A stretch of 38,364 nucleotides of DNA from an uncultured delta proteobacterium. Lineage in GTDB: Bacteria > Desulfobacterota > RBG-13-43-22. A model generated the notes under the pieces. The model was given only the letters and a program-made list of their open reading frames with translations. It was not told the origin of the DNA and made no database searches. The stretch lies in the NCBI GenBank assembly GCA_963711835.1, contig CAVQFQ010000023.1, positions 1-38,364 of the forward strand. The letters run 5' to 3'. Both the position numbers and the translations under genes were made by a program. This document shows, in pieces, positions 17,560 through 28,405 of this stretch. Every line of letters starts with the position of its first letter. Position 1 is the stretch's first letter.

Positions 17560-19521
17560 CTAACTGATCCCCAGCAGGGCTGACTCCTTGGCCTCTTTCT
17601 GGGAGGAAGGACCTTCCAGCGGCAGGTGGATGAGGAAGGTAGTTCCTTGACCTACCTGGCTTTGGACTTCAATGGTTCCCCCGTGTTCTTGGATGATCCC
17701 GTAGACCGTACTCAACCCCAACCCGGTTCCTTTCCCGACCTCTTTGGTGGTAAAGAAGGGGTCGAAGATCCGGGAAAGGATTTCAGGAGGGATTCCAGCC
17801 CCGGTATCGCTGAGTTCCAAGGCGATTTTATCGTCGCCGGGAAGAGTGTAGGTGCGCAAGGTCAAGGTTCCGTTACCGCCCATGGCATCAGCGGCGTTGG
17901 TCATTAAATTGATAATGACCTGATTCAACTGCCCGGGATCGGTGATGATTTCAGGCAGCCCGGGATCCAGCTCCTCCACCACGTGGATATTATGGAACAG
18001 GGCTTGTTTTCCCAAGAGGCTGACGGTCTGCTTTACCGATTGATTGGGGTTCCAGGGAACCCAGCGATGCTGGGTCTGGCGGCTGAATTCGAGCAGCTCC
18101 TTGACGATCTCCTTGCAGCGCATGGTTTGTTCAACAATCTGAGCCAGGTCGTCCCACCGGGAATCTTCCCGGCCTGTTTCTTCCAATAGCATATTGGCGT
18201 AGATGAGGATTCCACCCAGGGGGTTATTGATTTCATGGGCCACTCCGGCCGCCAATTTACCCAGCGAGGCCATCTTCTCCGAATGCAGCAGCTTGAGATG
18301 GGTTTCTTCCAGCTCCTTTTGCAAACGGATTCGTTCTCGAAGATCCGTAAAAATCCCCACACTGGCAATTTCCTGCCCGTTTTCATCATAGATTAAGGCT
18401 GCGGAAAGATTGGCGGGAAAGGATTCCCCCAGCTTGGTAACCAGGGTGACCTGGGTGCCGCCCAATTTTCCCGGGGGGCCATAATCACTGCTGCGAAGCC
18501 GGCGCATGATATCTTTGGCCAGGCCCTCCGGGTAAATCTGGGTGATATGGAATTGTTCCAAAGCCACTTCGGCAGTGTAACCCAGCAAGCGTTCCGCCCC
18601 CTGATTAAAGACGATTATTTTCCCTTTCATATCAGCGGCGATAATGCCGTCCACGGAACTGATAATGATGTTTTTCAGAAAATTATTGGTTTTTCGGAGT
18701 TCGTTTTCAAAACGGATCCGTTCAGAAAGATCCCGCAGGTAAGCATAGGTCTTGAGTTGCCCTTCAATCGCGGCCAGGGCCAGACAAATCTCCACTTCCC
18801 GGGGGATACGGGAGGCACTGATAATTTTAAACTGGGTGCAGACTTTACGGTTTTCATTGGATTTCAGGCGCATCTGGGTCGGCAGAGCCAAAAGAAATTC
18901 CCGATCTTCTTCGGAGAGTAAGGACCGGAAATCCAAGCCGATCAGTTGGTCCTTGGAGAAACCGGTAATATCGGAAGCCAGGGAATTGGCGAATTCGATC
19001 CGGTAATTCTGGTCAAAAACCAGGATGCCGTCGTTGCCCATTTCAATTATTTTCTGAAGGGCCTGGTGAACGTCCAGCAACCGCCTTTCCATGGACTTAT
19101 AGGCCGAGATATCCCGGAGCAGGGCATAAATCTGATTTCGTTCAAAAAGGCTGGGGCTGGAAAACAGGGTCAGTTCCGCATCCTTGATTTCCTGCTGGGG
19201 AGTCAGCAGTTTAACCTCGGAAGAGACCTTGAGTTTCGATTTCAGAATCGGGGGCTGGAGCATGTCCCGGAGGATAGGCTGGTCCTGAGGAGTGAAAAGA
19301 GAAAAAATATCCTGGTGAATCAAGTTGGGCAGGGAGGTGCCGGTAATGAGGGCCGCCTGTTCATTGGCCCAATTGATTTTCATGTCGGAGCCTAAAATCA
19401 CCAGCCCCTCTCCGCCGATCTGGCCCATGGTCTGGAGGGTTTCCTCTAGATAGACCAGGCGCTGCTCAGGGGACAGCGAGGGCTGGTTCACCAGATGAGA
19501 GGGACTGCCAGCTTCGTTCAT
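17560..19521 (-). CDS. Multi-PAS cytoplasmic histidine kinase (NtrB-like)
   Basis: Three PAS-like segments, [33 protein letters not shown]. Confidence 0.93.
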   Translation of the reverse strand: MNEAGSPSHLVNQPSLSPEQRLVYLEETLQTMGQIGGEGLVILGSDMKINWANEQAALITGTSLPNLIHQDIFSLFTPQDQPILRDMLQPPILKSKLKVSSEVKLLTPQQEIKDAELTLFSSPSLFERNQIYALLRDISAYKSMERRLLDVHQALQKIIEMGNDGILVFDQNYRIEFANSLASDITGFSKDQLIGLDFRSLLSEEDREFLLALPTQMRLKSNENRKVCTQFKIISASRIPREVEICLALAAIEGQLKTYAYLRDLSERIRFENELRKTNNFLKNIIISSVDGIIAADMKGKIIVFNQGAERLLGYTAEVALEQFHITQIYPEGLAKDIMRRLRSSDYGPPGKLGGTQVTLVTKLGESFPANLSAALIYDENGQEIASVGIFTDLRERIRLQKELEETHLKLLHSEKMASLGKLAAGVAHEINNPLGGILIYANMLLEETGREDSRWDDLAQIVEQTMRCKEIVKELLEFSRQTQHRWVPWNPNQSVKQTVSLLGKQALFHNIHVVEELDPGLPEIITDPGQLNQVIINLMTNAADAMGGNGTLTLRTYTLPGDDKIALELSDTGAGIPPEILSRIFDPFFTTKEVGKGTGLGLSTVYGIIQEHGGTIEVQSQVGQGTTFLIHLPLEGPSSQKEAKESALLGIS

Positions 19522-19977
19522 CAATAGAACTCCCTACCACACCGAGAAGGTCTAAGAAGAGTTGCCAGATAAACCGGAAGACAAAAAGAGAGCCTATCTT
19601 ATCAGAAAAATAGCCCCAGTCAATTCAATACCGGAAGGTGACCGCCTTTTTAACGGGAGGATCATAAACCCGGGGCTCCTATTTTTTACCAGCCGACCTG
19701 GTCTTTTTTCGACATGGCCGCCGCCAATCGGTCCTGGATATCAATGATCGTTAAAGATGGAAACCCGTTGTCCCGGCCTGATAAGCCCAATGGCTTCCCT
19801 GGCCTTGGATCGCTTCCCCATGTAATTATCGGCTGAACCCCTGACGCCCATGGAATTCTCTTGAGGAAGCGGTCCGGCGCTTCGGAAAAGGATCGGCTTT
19901 GGGATATACATTCCGGGGAAAGGATGGTACAATACCAGCCGGTTTTGAAAAGGATTGGGGTCGGGAAGGAGGAAGTA

Positions 19978-20982
19978 ATGCCGGAACTGCGCAAGGATCC
20001 TGTTGTCGGACGGTGGGTCATCATATCGACGGAACGGGCCAGAAGGCCTCATGATTTCGCCCCGGAAGAGGAGACGGTGAAGGGGGGATTCTGCCCCTTT
20101 GACCCGGGCAATGAAAAAGTCACCCCGCCCGAAATCATCGCTTATCGTCAACCGGGCACCCAGCCCGACAGCGAGGGCTGGACCCTCCGGGTAGTGGCCA
20201 ACAAATTCCCCGCCCTGGTTATTGAAGGGACCTTAAGTAAGGTCGGGGAAGGGCTCTACGACAAAATGAACGGCATCGGGGCCCATGAGGTTATTATTGA
20301 AACCCCCCATCACGAGGAAACCCTTTCCACCATGGCGGTGGACCGTTTTGCCGATGTCCTCCGGGCCTACCGGGATCGTATCATCGATCTCTCCCGAGAC
20401 CCTCGTTTTCGCTATATCTTAATTTTCAAGAACCAGGGCCGCTCCGCCGGCGCTTCCCTGGAGCACAGCCATTCCCAACTGATCGCCCTGCCCGTCATAC
20501 CGGAGATTGCTTCCGAGGAACTGAACGGTTCCAAAAGATATTACAGTTACCGGGACCGGTGCGTCTATTGTGATATTGTCCGCCAGGAATTGGAGGCCAA
20601 GGTCAGGGTCATAACCGAAAACCAGGATTTTTTGGTTTGCGCTCCCTATGCCCCCCGCTCCCCCTTTGAAGTCTGGATCATTCCCAAAGAACATAACGCC
20701 GTCTATACCGAACTGGAAGAGGCCAAATTCCCCTCGCTGGCCCGAATTTTTTCCGAAACCTTGAAAAGGCTGGACAAGGCCCTGGATTCCAGGCCTTACA
20801 ATTTTATGCTCCATACTTCCCCCCTGAAGGAAAACCACCAGGATTATTATCACTGGCATTTCGAAATCGTCCCCAAACTGACCCGCATTGCCGGTTTTGA
20901 ATGGGGATCGGGATTTTATATCAATCCCACGCCTCCCGAGGAAGCGGCCCGGTTTTTAAGAGAGGTTAATCTGGAGGAGTAA
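19978..20982 (+). CDS. galT: GalT-family nucleotidylyltransferase
   Basis: MPELRKDP...RARRP, CPFDPGNE, NKFPAL, GAHEVIIE, FKNQG, GASLEHSHSQ, YHWHFEI, AGFEWGSG. Start at ATG 19978 behind AGGAGG. Confidence 0.85.
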   Translation: MPELRKDPVVGRWVIISTERARRPHDFAPEEETVKGGFCPFDPGNEKVTPPEIIAYRQPGTQPDSEGWTLRVVANKFPALVIEGTLSKVGEGLYDKMNGIGAHEVIIETPHHEETLSTMAVDRFADVLRAYRDRIIDLSRDPRFRYILIFKNQGRSAGASLEHSHSQLIALPVIPEIASEELNGSKRYYSYRDRCVYCDIVRQELEAKVRVITENQDFLVCAPYAPRSPFEVWIIPKEHNAVYTELEEAKFPSLARIFSETLKRLDKALDSRPYNFMLHTSPLKENHQDYYHWHFEIVPKLTRIAGFEWGSGFYINPTPPEEAARFLREVNLEE

Positions 20983-20984
20983 CT

Positions 20985-22445
20985 ATGAAGATTCTGTTTG
21001 TTACATCCGAAATCAGTCCTTTTTCACGGGCCGGCGGCTTAGCTGATATTTCTCAGGCCCTGCCTGTCACTCTGGCTAAAATGGGCCATGAATTGCTTAT
21101 TGTTTCTCCCAAATACCGACAAGTCCAGAACTTTAAGTCTTCTCTGAAACTGCTCGATACCGTCCTGGAGGTACCGATTTCCTGGATGAAAAAGCCCGCT
21201 CAGATTTATCAGGCCGACCTGGCGGAGGGGGTGGAGGTTTACTTCATCTCTCGCGATGAACTCTACAACCGCGAGGATTTATACGGGAATGAGTACGGCG
21301 ATTACCAGGATAATGCCGAGCGGTTTATTTTTTTCTCCCGGGCTACCCTGGAGTTATGCCGGGCCTTGCATCTTTCCCCGGATATTATTCATTGTAATGA
21401 CTGGCAAACCGGCCTCATCCCGGTTTACCTGAAAACCCTTTATGCTCAGGACCCGGAGTTTAAATCCGCCGCCTCGCTCTTTACGATTCATAACCTGGGC
21501 TATCAGGGTCTTTTCTGGCACTATGATCTCCACCTGACCGGTCTGGGCTGGGAACTGTTCACCCCCCAGGCCTTGGAATTTTTTGGAAAAATCAATCTAA
21601 TGAAAGGAGGGATCTTTTTTGCCGATCTTTTGAACACCGTCAGCCCCACCTATCGAAAGGAGATCCTTTCGCCTGAAAACGGTTTCGGATTGGAAGGCGT
21701 CTTACGCACACGGGAAAAGGATTTATACGCCGTTCTGAACGGGGTCGATTACAACATCTGGGACCCGGCCCGGGATCCCCTTCTTCCGGCGCCCTACAGC
21801 GCCGACAAGCCGGAAAATAAAAAGGCCGCCAAGTCTCATCTCCAGGATTTATTCCACCTGAAAAAAAAGTCGGAAGTCTCTTTGGTGGCCATCATCTCCC
21901 GCCTTTTGGACCGCAAAGGACTGGATCTGGTAAGTCAAATCTTCCCGCGCCTGATGGAGCTGGAGGTGGAGATCATTCTGATGGGCCAGGGGGTGGATCA
22001 CTATCAAAGTTGGGCCTTGGAAATGAGCCGAAAGTACCCCGGTCTGGTCGGGGTCGAAATGGGCTATAACGATTCCCTGGCCCATAAGATACAGGCCGGA
22101 GCCGATATCCTGCTCATGCCTTCCCGGTATGAACCCTGCGGCCTGGATCAATTGCATGCCTTGAAGTACGGCACGATTCCGATCGTCCGGGCCGTAGGAG
22201 GCTTGGATGATACGGTCGAGGACTACCATGCCGAGACCGATCAGGGAACGGGCTTTAAATTTAAGGAATATGAAGTTGAAAAATTATGGCAGGCCATCCA
22301 GAGGGCCTTGGCGGTTTACCGGGACAAACCCCGCTGGCTTCGTTTGGTTCAAAGGGCCATGACCCAGGATTTTTCCTGGAATAAGTCGGCTTCCCAATAC
22401 CTGGCCCTGTATCAAAAAGCCCTGGAAAAAAAGAGAAGGACCTAA
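20985..22445 (+). CDS. glgA: Glycogen synthase
   Basis: SEISPFSRAGGLAD, HCNDWQTG, TIHNLGYQG, MPSRYEPCGL, GGLDDTV, DFSW. Confidence 0.93.
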   Translation: MKILFVTSEISPFSRAGGLADISQALPVTLAKMGHELLIVSPKYRQVQNFKSSLKLLDTVLEVPISWMKKPAQIYQADLAEGVEVYFISRDELYNREDLYGNEYGDYQDNAERFIFFSRATLELCRALHLSPDIIHCNDWQTGLIPVYLKTLYAQDPEFKSAASLFTIHNLGYQGLFWHYDLHLTGLGWELFTPQALEFFGKINLMKGGIFFADLLNTVSPTYRKEILSPENGFGLEGVLRTREKDLYAVLNGVDYNIWDPARDPLLPAPYSADKPENKKAAKSHLQDLFHLKKKSEVSLVAIISRLLDRKGLDLVSQIFPRLMELEVEIILMGQGVDHYQSWALEMSRKYPGLVGVEMGYNDSLAHKIQAGADILLMPSRYEPCGLDQLHALKYGTIPIVRAVGGLDDTVEDYHAETDQGTGFKFKEYEVEKLWQAIQRALAVYRDKPRWLRLVQRAMTQDFSWNKSASQYLALYQKALEKKRRT

Positions 22446-22448
22446 CTT

Positions 22449-24857
22449 GTGGCCAAAGAGATTGAGCTTTTAAAAAAGGTTATTCGGCTGGCCAACTCGA
22501 ACATCGGTTTTGACGACCGCCTCCGGGGTATTATGGATCTCCTGGTCCGTCGAGAAGAATGGGAAAAAGGTCTTTTATTTATCAAGGCCTCGGAAGAGGG
22601 ACCTTTATCCCTGAAGGTGGCCAGTCCCCGGGACCCGGCCGGGGAACAGCAGCCGGTGATCCTGCCTAAAACCCCTTTGGATGCCTGCTGCCAGCGCGGG
22701 CAAACCGTTTTCATAGGCCGCTTGAATCGAAAAGAACACAAGGCCTTGCTGAAAATCCCTCTCTTCAAGGGCTATCTGTCCCTGATCGCCCTGCCCATCC
22801 AGGACGATACCGTCATTTATGGGATCGTTTGTTTGTTGTCGCGCCAAACCTTGAGCCTCGATCCCCAGGAGCAGGACCTGCTGGACATGATTTCCCGGGA
22901 ACTGGCCGGGATCATCCGCAATTCCCAGATCTATACCGAATCCAGGAAACGGATTTCCGAACTGAGCGTTCTCTATCAGGTCGGGAAGGTCATCGGTTCG
23001 ACTTTGGAATTGGAGGATCTGCTTAAGCGGACCGTGGCCATCATCGCCCAGGTGATTAATGCCAAGGGGGCGGCTCTGCTGATGACGGATAAACATTCCG
23101 AGTCCGTTAAGGTGGAATCCGAATTTGGAGCCATCCCGGCTTTTATTAAAGAAAAAATCTTAAAGGACATCCGGGACCAAAAAGGCGATTATATCTTTTC
23201 GGAGGACCGGACCCAGGCCGGGACCACCTGGGTCCCCCCTTCAGCCGGGGAAGAAGGCTTGAACGAGCCCTCCGGGGATCGGGTCCCCTCCTTTATGTGC
23301 ATCCCCCTACTTTTCAAGGGTCCTTACCGGGGCCGACTCTGTGTCTACCAGAAGATAACCTTCAGCGGCGGACCGGAGCCGAGATTTACTGAAGATGATC
23401 TCTCCATCCTGTCGACCATCGGCAATATCATCGCCAGTTCCTTGGAAAATGCCTTGACCTTTCAGGAAATGGAAACCCTGGCCCGAAACAACGAATGGAT
23501 GGTCAAAAACCTCTCGACCCTTTATCAGATCGACAGCGCCATGATGACCACCTCTTCTCTCCAGGAACTCTTGCAGATTATTCTGGAGGCCATTACCCTG
23601 AAGCAAGGTCTGGGTTTTAGCCGGGCCCTGCTTTTCTTAGTTGACGAGAACGGCCAGACCCTGAAGGCCATGGCCAATTCAGTCCAGAGGGAGGATTCCA
23701 AGGCCGCCGGGGATTCAGGCGGCCGGAACCTCGCGGATCCTGACTTAAGCCATTTTCTGACCAATCAAGGCGCCCACCACCGGGAACAGGAGATCCCGAC
23801 CGATCCCTTCATAAAAGACCTCAAGATCCCGCTTTCCGGGGATGAAGGCATTCTGGCCCGAACGGTTCTGGAGGGGCGCTCTTTCTTCATTACCGACGCC
23901 CTTCAGGATCCCCGGACCAATAAGGTCCTGGTCAAACGGTTGGGGACCGAATCCTTCGCCTCGCTGCCTCTCCGGGCCAAGGATAAGGTTATCGGCGTCA
24001 TTGTCGTGGATAATTTTCTCGACAAGCATCCGATCTCCGAAGAGGATCTGCGCCTTTTGGAAATGCTGGCCCATCAGGCCGGTCTGGCCATTGAGAACAC
24101 CCGTCTATACGCCTTTATTGAAAAGACCAATCAGGAATTGAAAGCCGCCCGGGAACAGCTCCTGGAATCGGAAAAATTGGTCGCCCTGGGGGAAATGGCC
24201 GCCGGCATGGCCCATGAGATTAGAAATCCCCTGGTTTCGATCGGCGGTTTCGTCCGCCGCCTTTATAAAAGATTTCAGGGGGACCAGCAGGTTGAAACCT
24301 ATTTCGAGGTCATCATCAGTGAAGTGGAACGGCTGGAAAAAACCCTCAACGAGATCATGGATTTTTCCCATGATCCGAGGGGAAAATACCGAGAAGAGGA
24401 GTTCAACCCAATTGTGGAAGGGGCCCTGGAATTGATTCAAAGGGAATTGGATGAGGCCCAGGTGGTAGTCCAGAAGGAACTGGGCAAAATACCCCGGGTT
24501 TTTTGCGATGAAGGTCAAATGCGCCATGTTTTTTATAACCTCTTTCTCAACTCTTCCCAAGCCATGACCCAGGGTGGTTTATTGGTGATCCGGACTTACA
24601 CCGAGAAAGGCCCGGAACACGCCTGGGCGGTCTGTGAGGTAAGGGACACCGGCGGCGGAATCCCTCCGGAATTACTGCATAATATTTTTAACCCCTTTTT
24701 TACCACGAAAGCCAACGGCTCAGGTTTGGGCCTTCCGATTGTTCATAAAATCGTCACCCGTCACGACGGAGAAGTCGAAATCGACAACCGGCCCGGTGAA
24801 GGCGTGGCCTTCATTATAAAGTTGCCCCTGGCTAAAAATTCCCAGCAGCCTTTTTGA
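22449..24857 (+). CDS. Multi-GAF histidine kinase
   Basis: Three GAF-like segments, [27 protein letters not shown]. Confidence 0.92.
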   Translation: MAKEIELLKKVIRLANSNIGFDDRLRGIMDLLVRREEWEKGLLFIKASEEGPLSLKVASPRDPAGEQQPVILPKTPLDACCQRGQTVFIGRLNRKEHKALLKIPLFKGYLSLIALPIQDDTVIYGIVCLLSRQTLSLDPQEQDLLDMISRELAGIIRNSQIYTESRKRISELSVLYQVGKVIGSTLELEDLLKRTVAIIAQVINAKGAALLMTDKHSESVKVESEFGAIPAFIKEKILKDIRDQKGDYIFSEDRTQAGTTWVPPSAGEEGLNEPSGDRVPSFMCIPLLFKGPYRGRLCVYQKITFSGGPEPRFTEDDLSILSTIGNIIASSLENALTFQEMETLARNNEWMVKNLSTLYQIDSAMMTTSSLQELLQIILEAITLKQGLGFSRALLFLVDENGQTLKAMANSVQREDSKAAGDSGGRNLADPDLSHFLTNQGAHHREQEIPTDPFIKDLKIPLSGDEGILARTVLEGRSFFITDALQDPRTNKVLVKRLGTESFASLPLRAKDKVIGVIVVDNFLDKHPISEEDLRLLEMLAHQAGLAIENTRLYAFIEKTNQELKAAREQLLESEKLVALGEMAAGMAHEIRNPLVSIGGFVRRLYKRFQGDQQVETYFEVIISEVERLEKTLNEIMDFSHDPRGKYREEEFNPIVEGALELIQRELDEAQVVVQKELGKIPRVFCDEGQMRHVFYNLFLNSSQAMTQGGLLVIRTYTEKGPEHAWAVCEVRDTGGGIPPELLHNIFNPFFTTKANGSGLGLPIVHKIVTRHDGEVEIDNRPGEGVAFIIKLPLAKNSQQPF

Positions 24858-24885
24858 AAAGGACCATTCTGGGGGGAGGAGGAAC

Positions 24886-25245
24886 ATGAAACGCATTCTA
24901 ATCGCTGACGATGAAGAGGCCTTACAAAGGCTTTACCAGGAGGAATTTGAAGAAGACGGCTATGAGGTGATCTTGGCCGGCAATGGGAAGGAGGTCCTTT
25001 CCCGCCTGGAAGATCCCGATCATCTCCCGGATTTAATTATTATGGATATCCGGATGCCCGAGATGAACGGCATTGATACCCTCCGGTTTATTAAAGAAAA
25101 ATATCCCCGGATCCCCGTCATTCTCTGCTCGGCCTATAGCGAATTTAAACAGGATTTTTCGGTCTGGGCTTCCGATGATTATGTGGTTAAATCGTCGGAC
25201 CTGACCGAACTCAAGGAAGTGGTCAAGAAACATTTAAGAGACTGA
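24886..25245 (+). CDS. Single-domain response regulator
   Basis: ILIADDE, DLIIMDIRMP, YVVKS. Confidence 0.92.
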   Translation: MKRILIADDEEALQRLYQEEFEEDGYEVILAGNGKEVLSRLEDPDHLPDLIIMDIRMPEMNGIDTLRFIKEKYPRIPVILCSAYSEFKQDFSVWASDDYVVKSSDLTELKEVVKKHLRD

Positions 25246-25340
25246 TCAGCTTTCAGCCATCATCAAACATCTTAAAAAATAATGGGTTAAGCTGACTGCT
25301 GAACGCTCCCTTCGTAAATCGGAAATTTCCGGATGGGCAC

Positions 25341-26246
25341 TCAGGGGCTTCCCGGTCTCAAGGGATCGGCCCGATCCTGCAGAAGGGTCAGAAAAGACTG
25401 GGCCGAAGGGGAAAGGGCCCTCTTTTTTAGATAGACGATATCCACGTTCAAGAAAAGAGGGCCTTCCATCAGGGGCCGGGTTTTCAAGGCCCCCTTCTTT
25501 AATTCTTCCTTAACCGCCGACTCAACCACAAAAGAAATCCCTTTCCCGGCCTCCACTAATTCCTTTATAAAATCCACATTGCCGGCTTCGGTCAGGATAG
25601 AGGGTTTGATCCGGGCTTCCCGGTATTTATCCAAAATGAGTTCCCGGGTTCCGGACCCTTTTTCACGAATAATCAGGGGCTGCTGGGCCAGATCCTTTAA
25701 AGAAATCCGGCGCAGACGGGTTAAGGGATGGCTCCGCCCCAGGATCAAAAGCAGGTTCTCCCGGGTAAAGGCCAGGACTTGTAAGGGGGGCGGATAGGAG
25801 GACTTGGCAATCAGCCCCAATTCATTTTTCTGTACGATCAGGCTGTTGGAGATTTCCGCCGAACTGCCTTCGTTGAGAATGACATGAATCCCCGGGTGCT
25901 TTTCCTGGAAGGCTGAAATCAAGGCCGGCATCATGTGCTTGGCATAAGTTTTGGTGGTCCCGACCTTCAGGACGCCGGTTTCCAAATCCTTCAGCTCCCA
26001 GATCGACCTCTCGGCCTGGGCGGCCCAATCAAAGATCTTCCGGGCATAACCGAAAAGGACCTGGCCGGCCTCGGTCAGTTCGATTCGTTTCCCGTGACGA
26101 TGAAAAAGCTTCAGATTGAAATAGTCTTCCAACTGCCGGACCTGCATCGTCACCGCCGGCTGGGACAAAAGGAGTTCTTCGGCTGCCGCGGAAAAACTTT
26201 GCTTCTTTCCGGAAATATAAAATAATTTCAATTGATTCAAATTCAT
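25341..26246 (-). CDS. LysR-family regulator, divergent from the pps cluster
   Basis: SFSAAAEELLLSQPAVTMQVRQLE...LTEAG; REKGSGTR. Confidence 0.95.
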   Translation of the reverse strand: MNLNQLKLFYISGKKQSFSAAAEELLLSQPAVTMQVRQLEDYFNLKLFHRHGKRIELTEAGQVLFGYARKIFDWAAQAERSIWELKDLETGVLKVGTTKTYAKHMMPALISAFQEKHPGIHVILNEGSSAEISNSLIVQKNELGLIAKSSYPPPLQVLAFTRENLLLILGRSHPLTRLRRISLKDLAQQPLIIREKGSGTRELILDKYREARIKPSILTEAGNVDFIKELVEAGKGISFVVESAVKEELKKGALKTRPLMEGPLFLNVDIVYLKKRALSPSAQSFLTLLQDRADPLRPGSP

Positions 26247-26262
26247 CCAAATCTGTCCGATT

Positions 26263-26328
26263 ATAAATTTTATTTATAGTAACATAAAATCATTTGTCTT
26301 GACAAGCCCCCTGCTAATAACCAACAAT
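26263..26328 (+). promoter_or_regulatory. LysR recognition site plus sigma-70 promoter for the pps operon
   Basis: ATAA-N7-TTAT (T-N11-A) at 26263-26277; TTGACA at 26299-26304; weak -10 AACAAT at 26323-26328. Confidence 0.6.
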
Positions 26329-26557
26329 AGGAGCGTTAGCGTTCATCCGAAGAAGGGCGTAAAAATTTCCGGAATGGCTTTCTCCCAGGCCTTCCTTAGC
26401 CGGTCGATTCTCCCGGTCGGTCCGAAACCGCCCCCACTCTTTACAAGCTATTTGGTCTGACTCCTATTACCCTTAAGAGAAAGGAGGTAGGTTTTTTACC
26501 AGAATGGAAACCAGGGTTTTTTGCTCTTAACCTTTTTTTAAACGAAGGAGAAGCAAG

Positions 26558-28402
26558 ATGACCGACACCAAATTGAAGTTTCCCGATCCGCATCAAATAC
26601 CCACCATCCCCGGCACCGAAGGTTGGGAACGTATGTATCCTTATCATTATCAATTTACCACCGACGACCCGGAGCGCACGGCCTACGAAAAAAGCATGTT
26701 CTGGTTTAATGACGGGCTTCACTATCCGGAACCGATGTACCCTTTTGACATCATCTGGGATGAAGCCTGGTTTCTGGCCCTTTCTCAGAACAACACCCGG
26801 GTTTTTATCGTTCCCCCGGCCCTCGGGGTGGATCACCGTATTATCAACGGCAACATCTACATCACCCCGGTTCCGGTGGCCGATCCGAGTACGATCCCGG
26901 CGCGGGTCGAACTCTTCATGAAACGGGCCGGGTATTATTATCAGAACTGGGATCGCCTCCATGATCAATGGGAAAAGAAGATGCGGGAGGTGATTGAAAA
27001 GTTAGCGGCCATCGAAATAGCCGATCTCCCGGAAATGGAAGAAGAATCAGTGGTTACGGAGGGTTTGGGGATCAGCAGCGGTTACAAGCTTCTGAAAAAA
27101 TACGACGATCTGATCGATCTGGGCATCCTGGCCTGGCAGTATCATTTTGAATTTCTAAACCTGGGCTACGCCGCTTACGTGGTTTTCCTGGATTTCTGCC
27201 AGAAGGCCTTTCCGGATATTCCGATTCAACGGGTCACCCAAATGGTCTCCGGTGTGGATGTCATCATGTACCAGCCGGATGAAGAGTTAAAGAAACTGGC
27301 CAAGCAGGCCGTAGAATTGAATTTAACCGAACTCATCCTGCAGCCTCTAAAGATCGATCAGCTCTGGCCCAAACTGCAGGCTACCGAGGCCGGCTTAAAA
27401 TGGACCGCCGCCTTTGATAAGGCCAAATACCCCTGGTTCTACATCTCCACCGGGACCGGCTGGTACCACCACGACTCCTGCTGGCTGGATGACCTCAATG
27501 TCCCTCTGGATTCCATCCGCATTTATATCGGCACCCTGAAAAAGGGCGGAACCATTGAACGGCCCCTGGCTGATGTGCGGGAAGAACGGGACAAGATCAC
27601 CACCGAGTACCGCAAGCTCCTGAAAACCGATGAAGACCGGGCCACCTTTGATCAGCTCCTGGGAACCTCCAAGACCGTTTTTCCTTATGTGGAAAACCAC
27701 CTCTTTTATGTCGAGCACTGGTTCCACAGCATCTTCTGGAACAAGATGCGCCAGGTCTCCCAGATCATGGTGAATCACGGTTTTATTAAAGACATTGAAG
27801 ATATCTGGTATCTCTCCCGCAGCGAAATCAAAGAGGCCCTCTGGGATCTGGTAACCGGCTGGGCCACGGGCACCAAGGCTCGGGGACCCCTCCATTGGCC
27901 CAAGGAAATCGCCTGGCGGAAAGGGGTCATGGAAAAATTCCGGCAATGGACCCCTCCCCCGGCTGTTGGGACGGCCCCGGAAGTCATTAACGAACCCTTT
28001 ACCATTGTCCTCTGGGGGGTCACCTCGGAGAGCATGGCCAACTGGGCCAAGGCCAAAGAAGTGGGTGACTTGAGCACCCTGACCGAGCTGAAAGGCTTCC
28101 CCGGATCTCCGGGATCAGTTGAAGGTCCGGCCCGGGTCTGCCGCAGCGTCAAGGAAATCGATCAGCTCCAGGAAGGGGAAATCCTGGTGGCCCCCACCAC
28201 TTCGCCCAGTTGGGCCCCGGCCTTCCAGAAGATCAAGGCCTGCATCACCGACGTGGGCGGCGTCATGTGCCACGCGGCCATCGTCTGCCGTGAATACGGC
28301 GTGCCGGCCATTGTCGGAACCGGGGTCGGCACCCAGGCCATCAAGACCGGGGATTACCTCGTCGTGGATGGCGGTACCGGTTTGATTAAAATCAGGAGGT
28401 AG
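26558..28402 (+). CDS. ppsA: Phenylphosphate synthase subunit A-like (phospho-His swivel domain)
   Basis: FPDPH...EGWERMYPYHY N-terminus, ALGVDHRIING, YHFEFLNLGY, C-terminal TSPSW...DVGGVMCHAAIVCREYG. Confidence 0.85.
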   Translation: MTDTKLKFPDPHQIPTIPGTEGWERMYPYHYQFTTDDPERTAYEKSMFWFNDGLHYPEPMYPFDIIWDEAWFLALSQNNTRVFIVPPALGVDHRIINGNIYITPVPVADPSTIPARVELFMKRAGYYYQNWDRLHDQWEKKMREVIEKLAAIEIADLPEMEEESVVTEGLGISSGYKLLKKYDDLIDLGILAWQYHFEFLNLGYAAYVVFLDFCQKAFPDIPIQRVTQMVSGVDVIMYQPDEELKKLAKQAVELNLTELILQPLKIDQLWPKLQATEAGLKWTAAFDKAKYPWFYISTGTGWYHHDSCWLDDLNVPLDSIRIYIGTLKKGGTIERPLADVREERDKITTEYRKLLKTDEDRATFDQLLGTSKTVFPYVENHLFYVEHWFHSIFWNKMRQVSQIMVNHGFIKDIEDIWYLSRSEIKEALWDLVTGWATGTKARGPLHWPKEIAWRKGVMEKFRQWTPPPAVGTAPEVINEPFTIVLWGVTSESMANWAKAKEVGDLSTLTELKGFPGSPGSVEGPARVCRSVKEIDQLQEGEILVAPTTSPSWAPAFQKIKACITDVGGVMCHAAIVCREYGVPAIVGTGVGTQAIKTGDYLVVDGGTGLIKIRR

Positions 28403-28405
28403 TTC

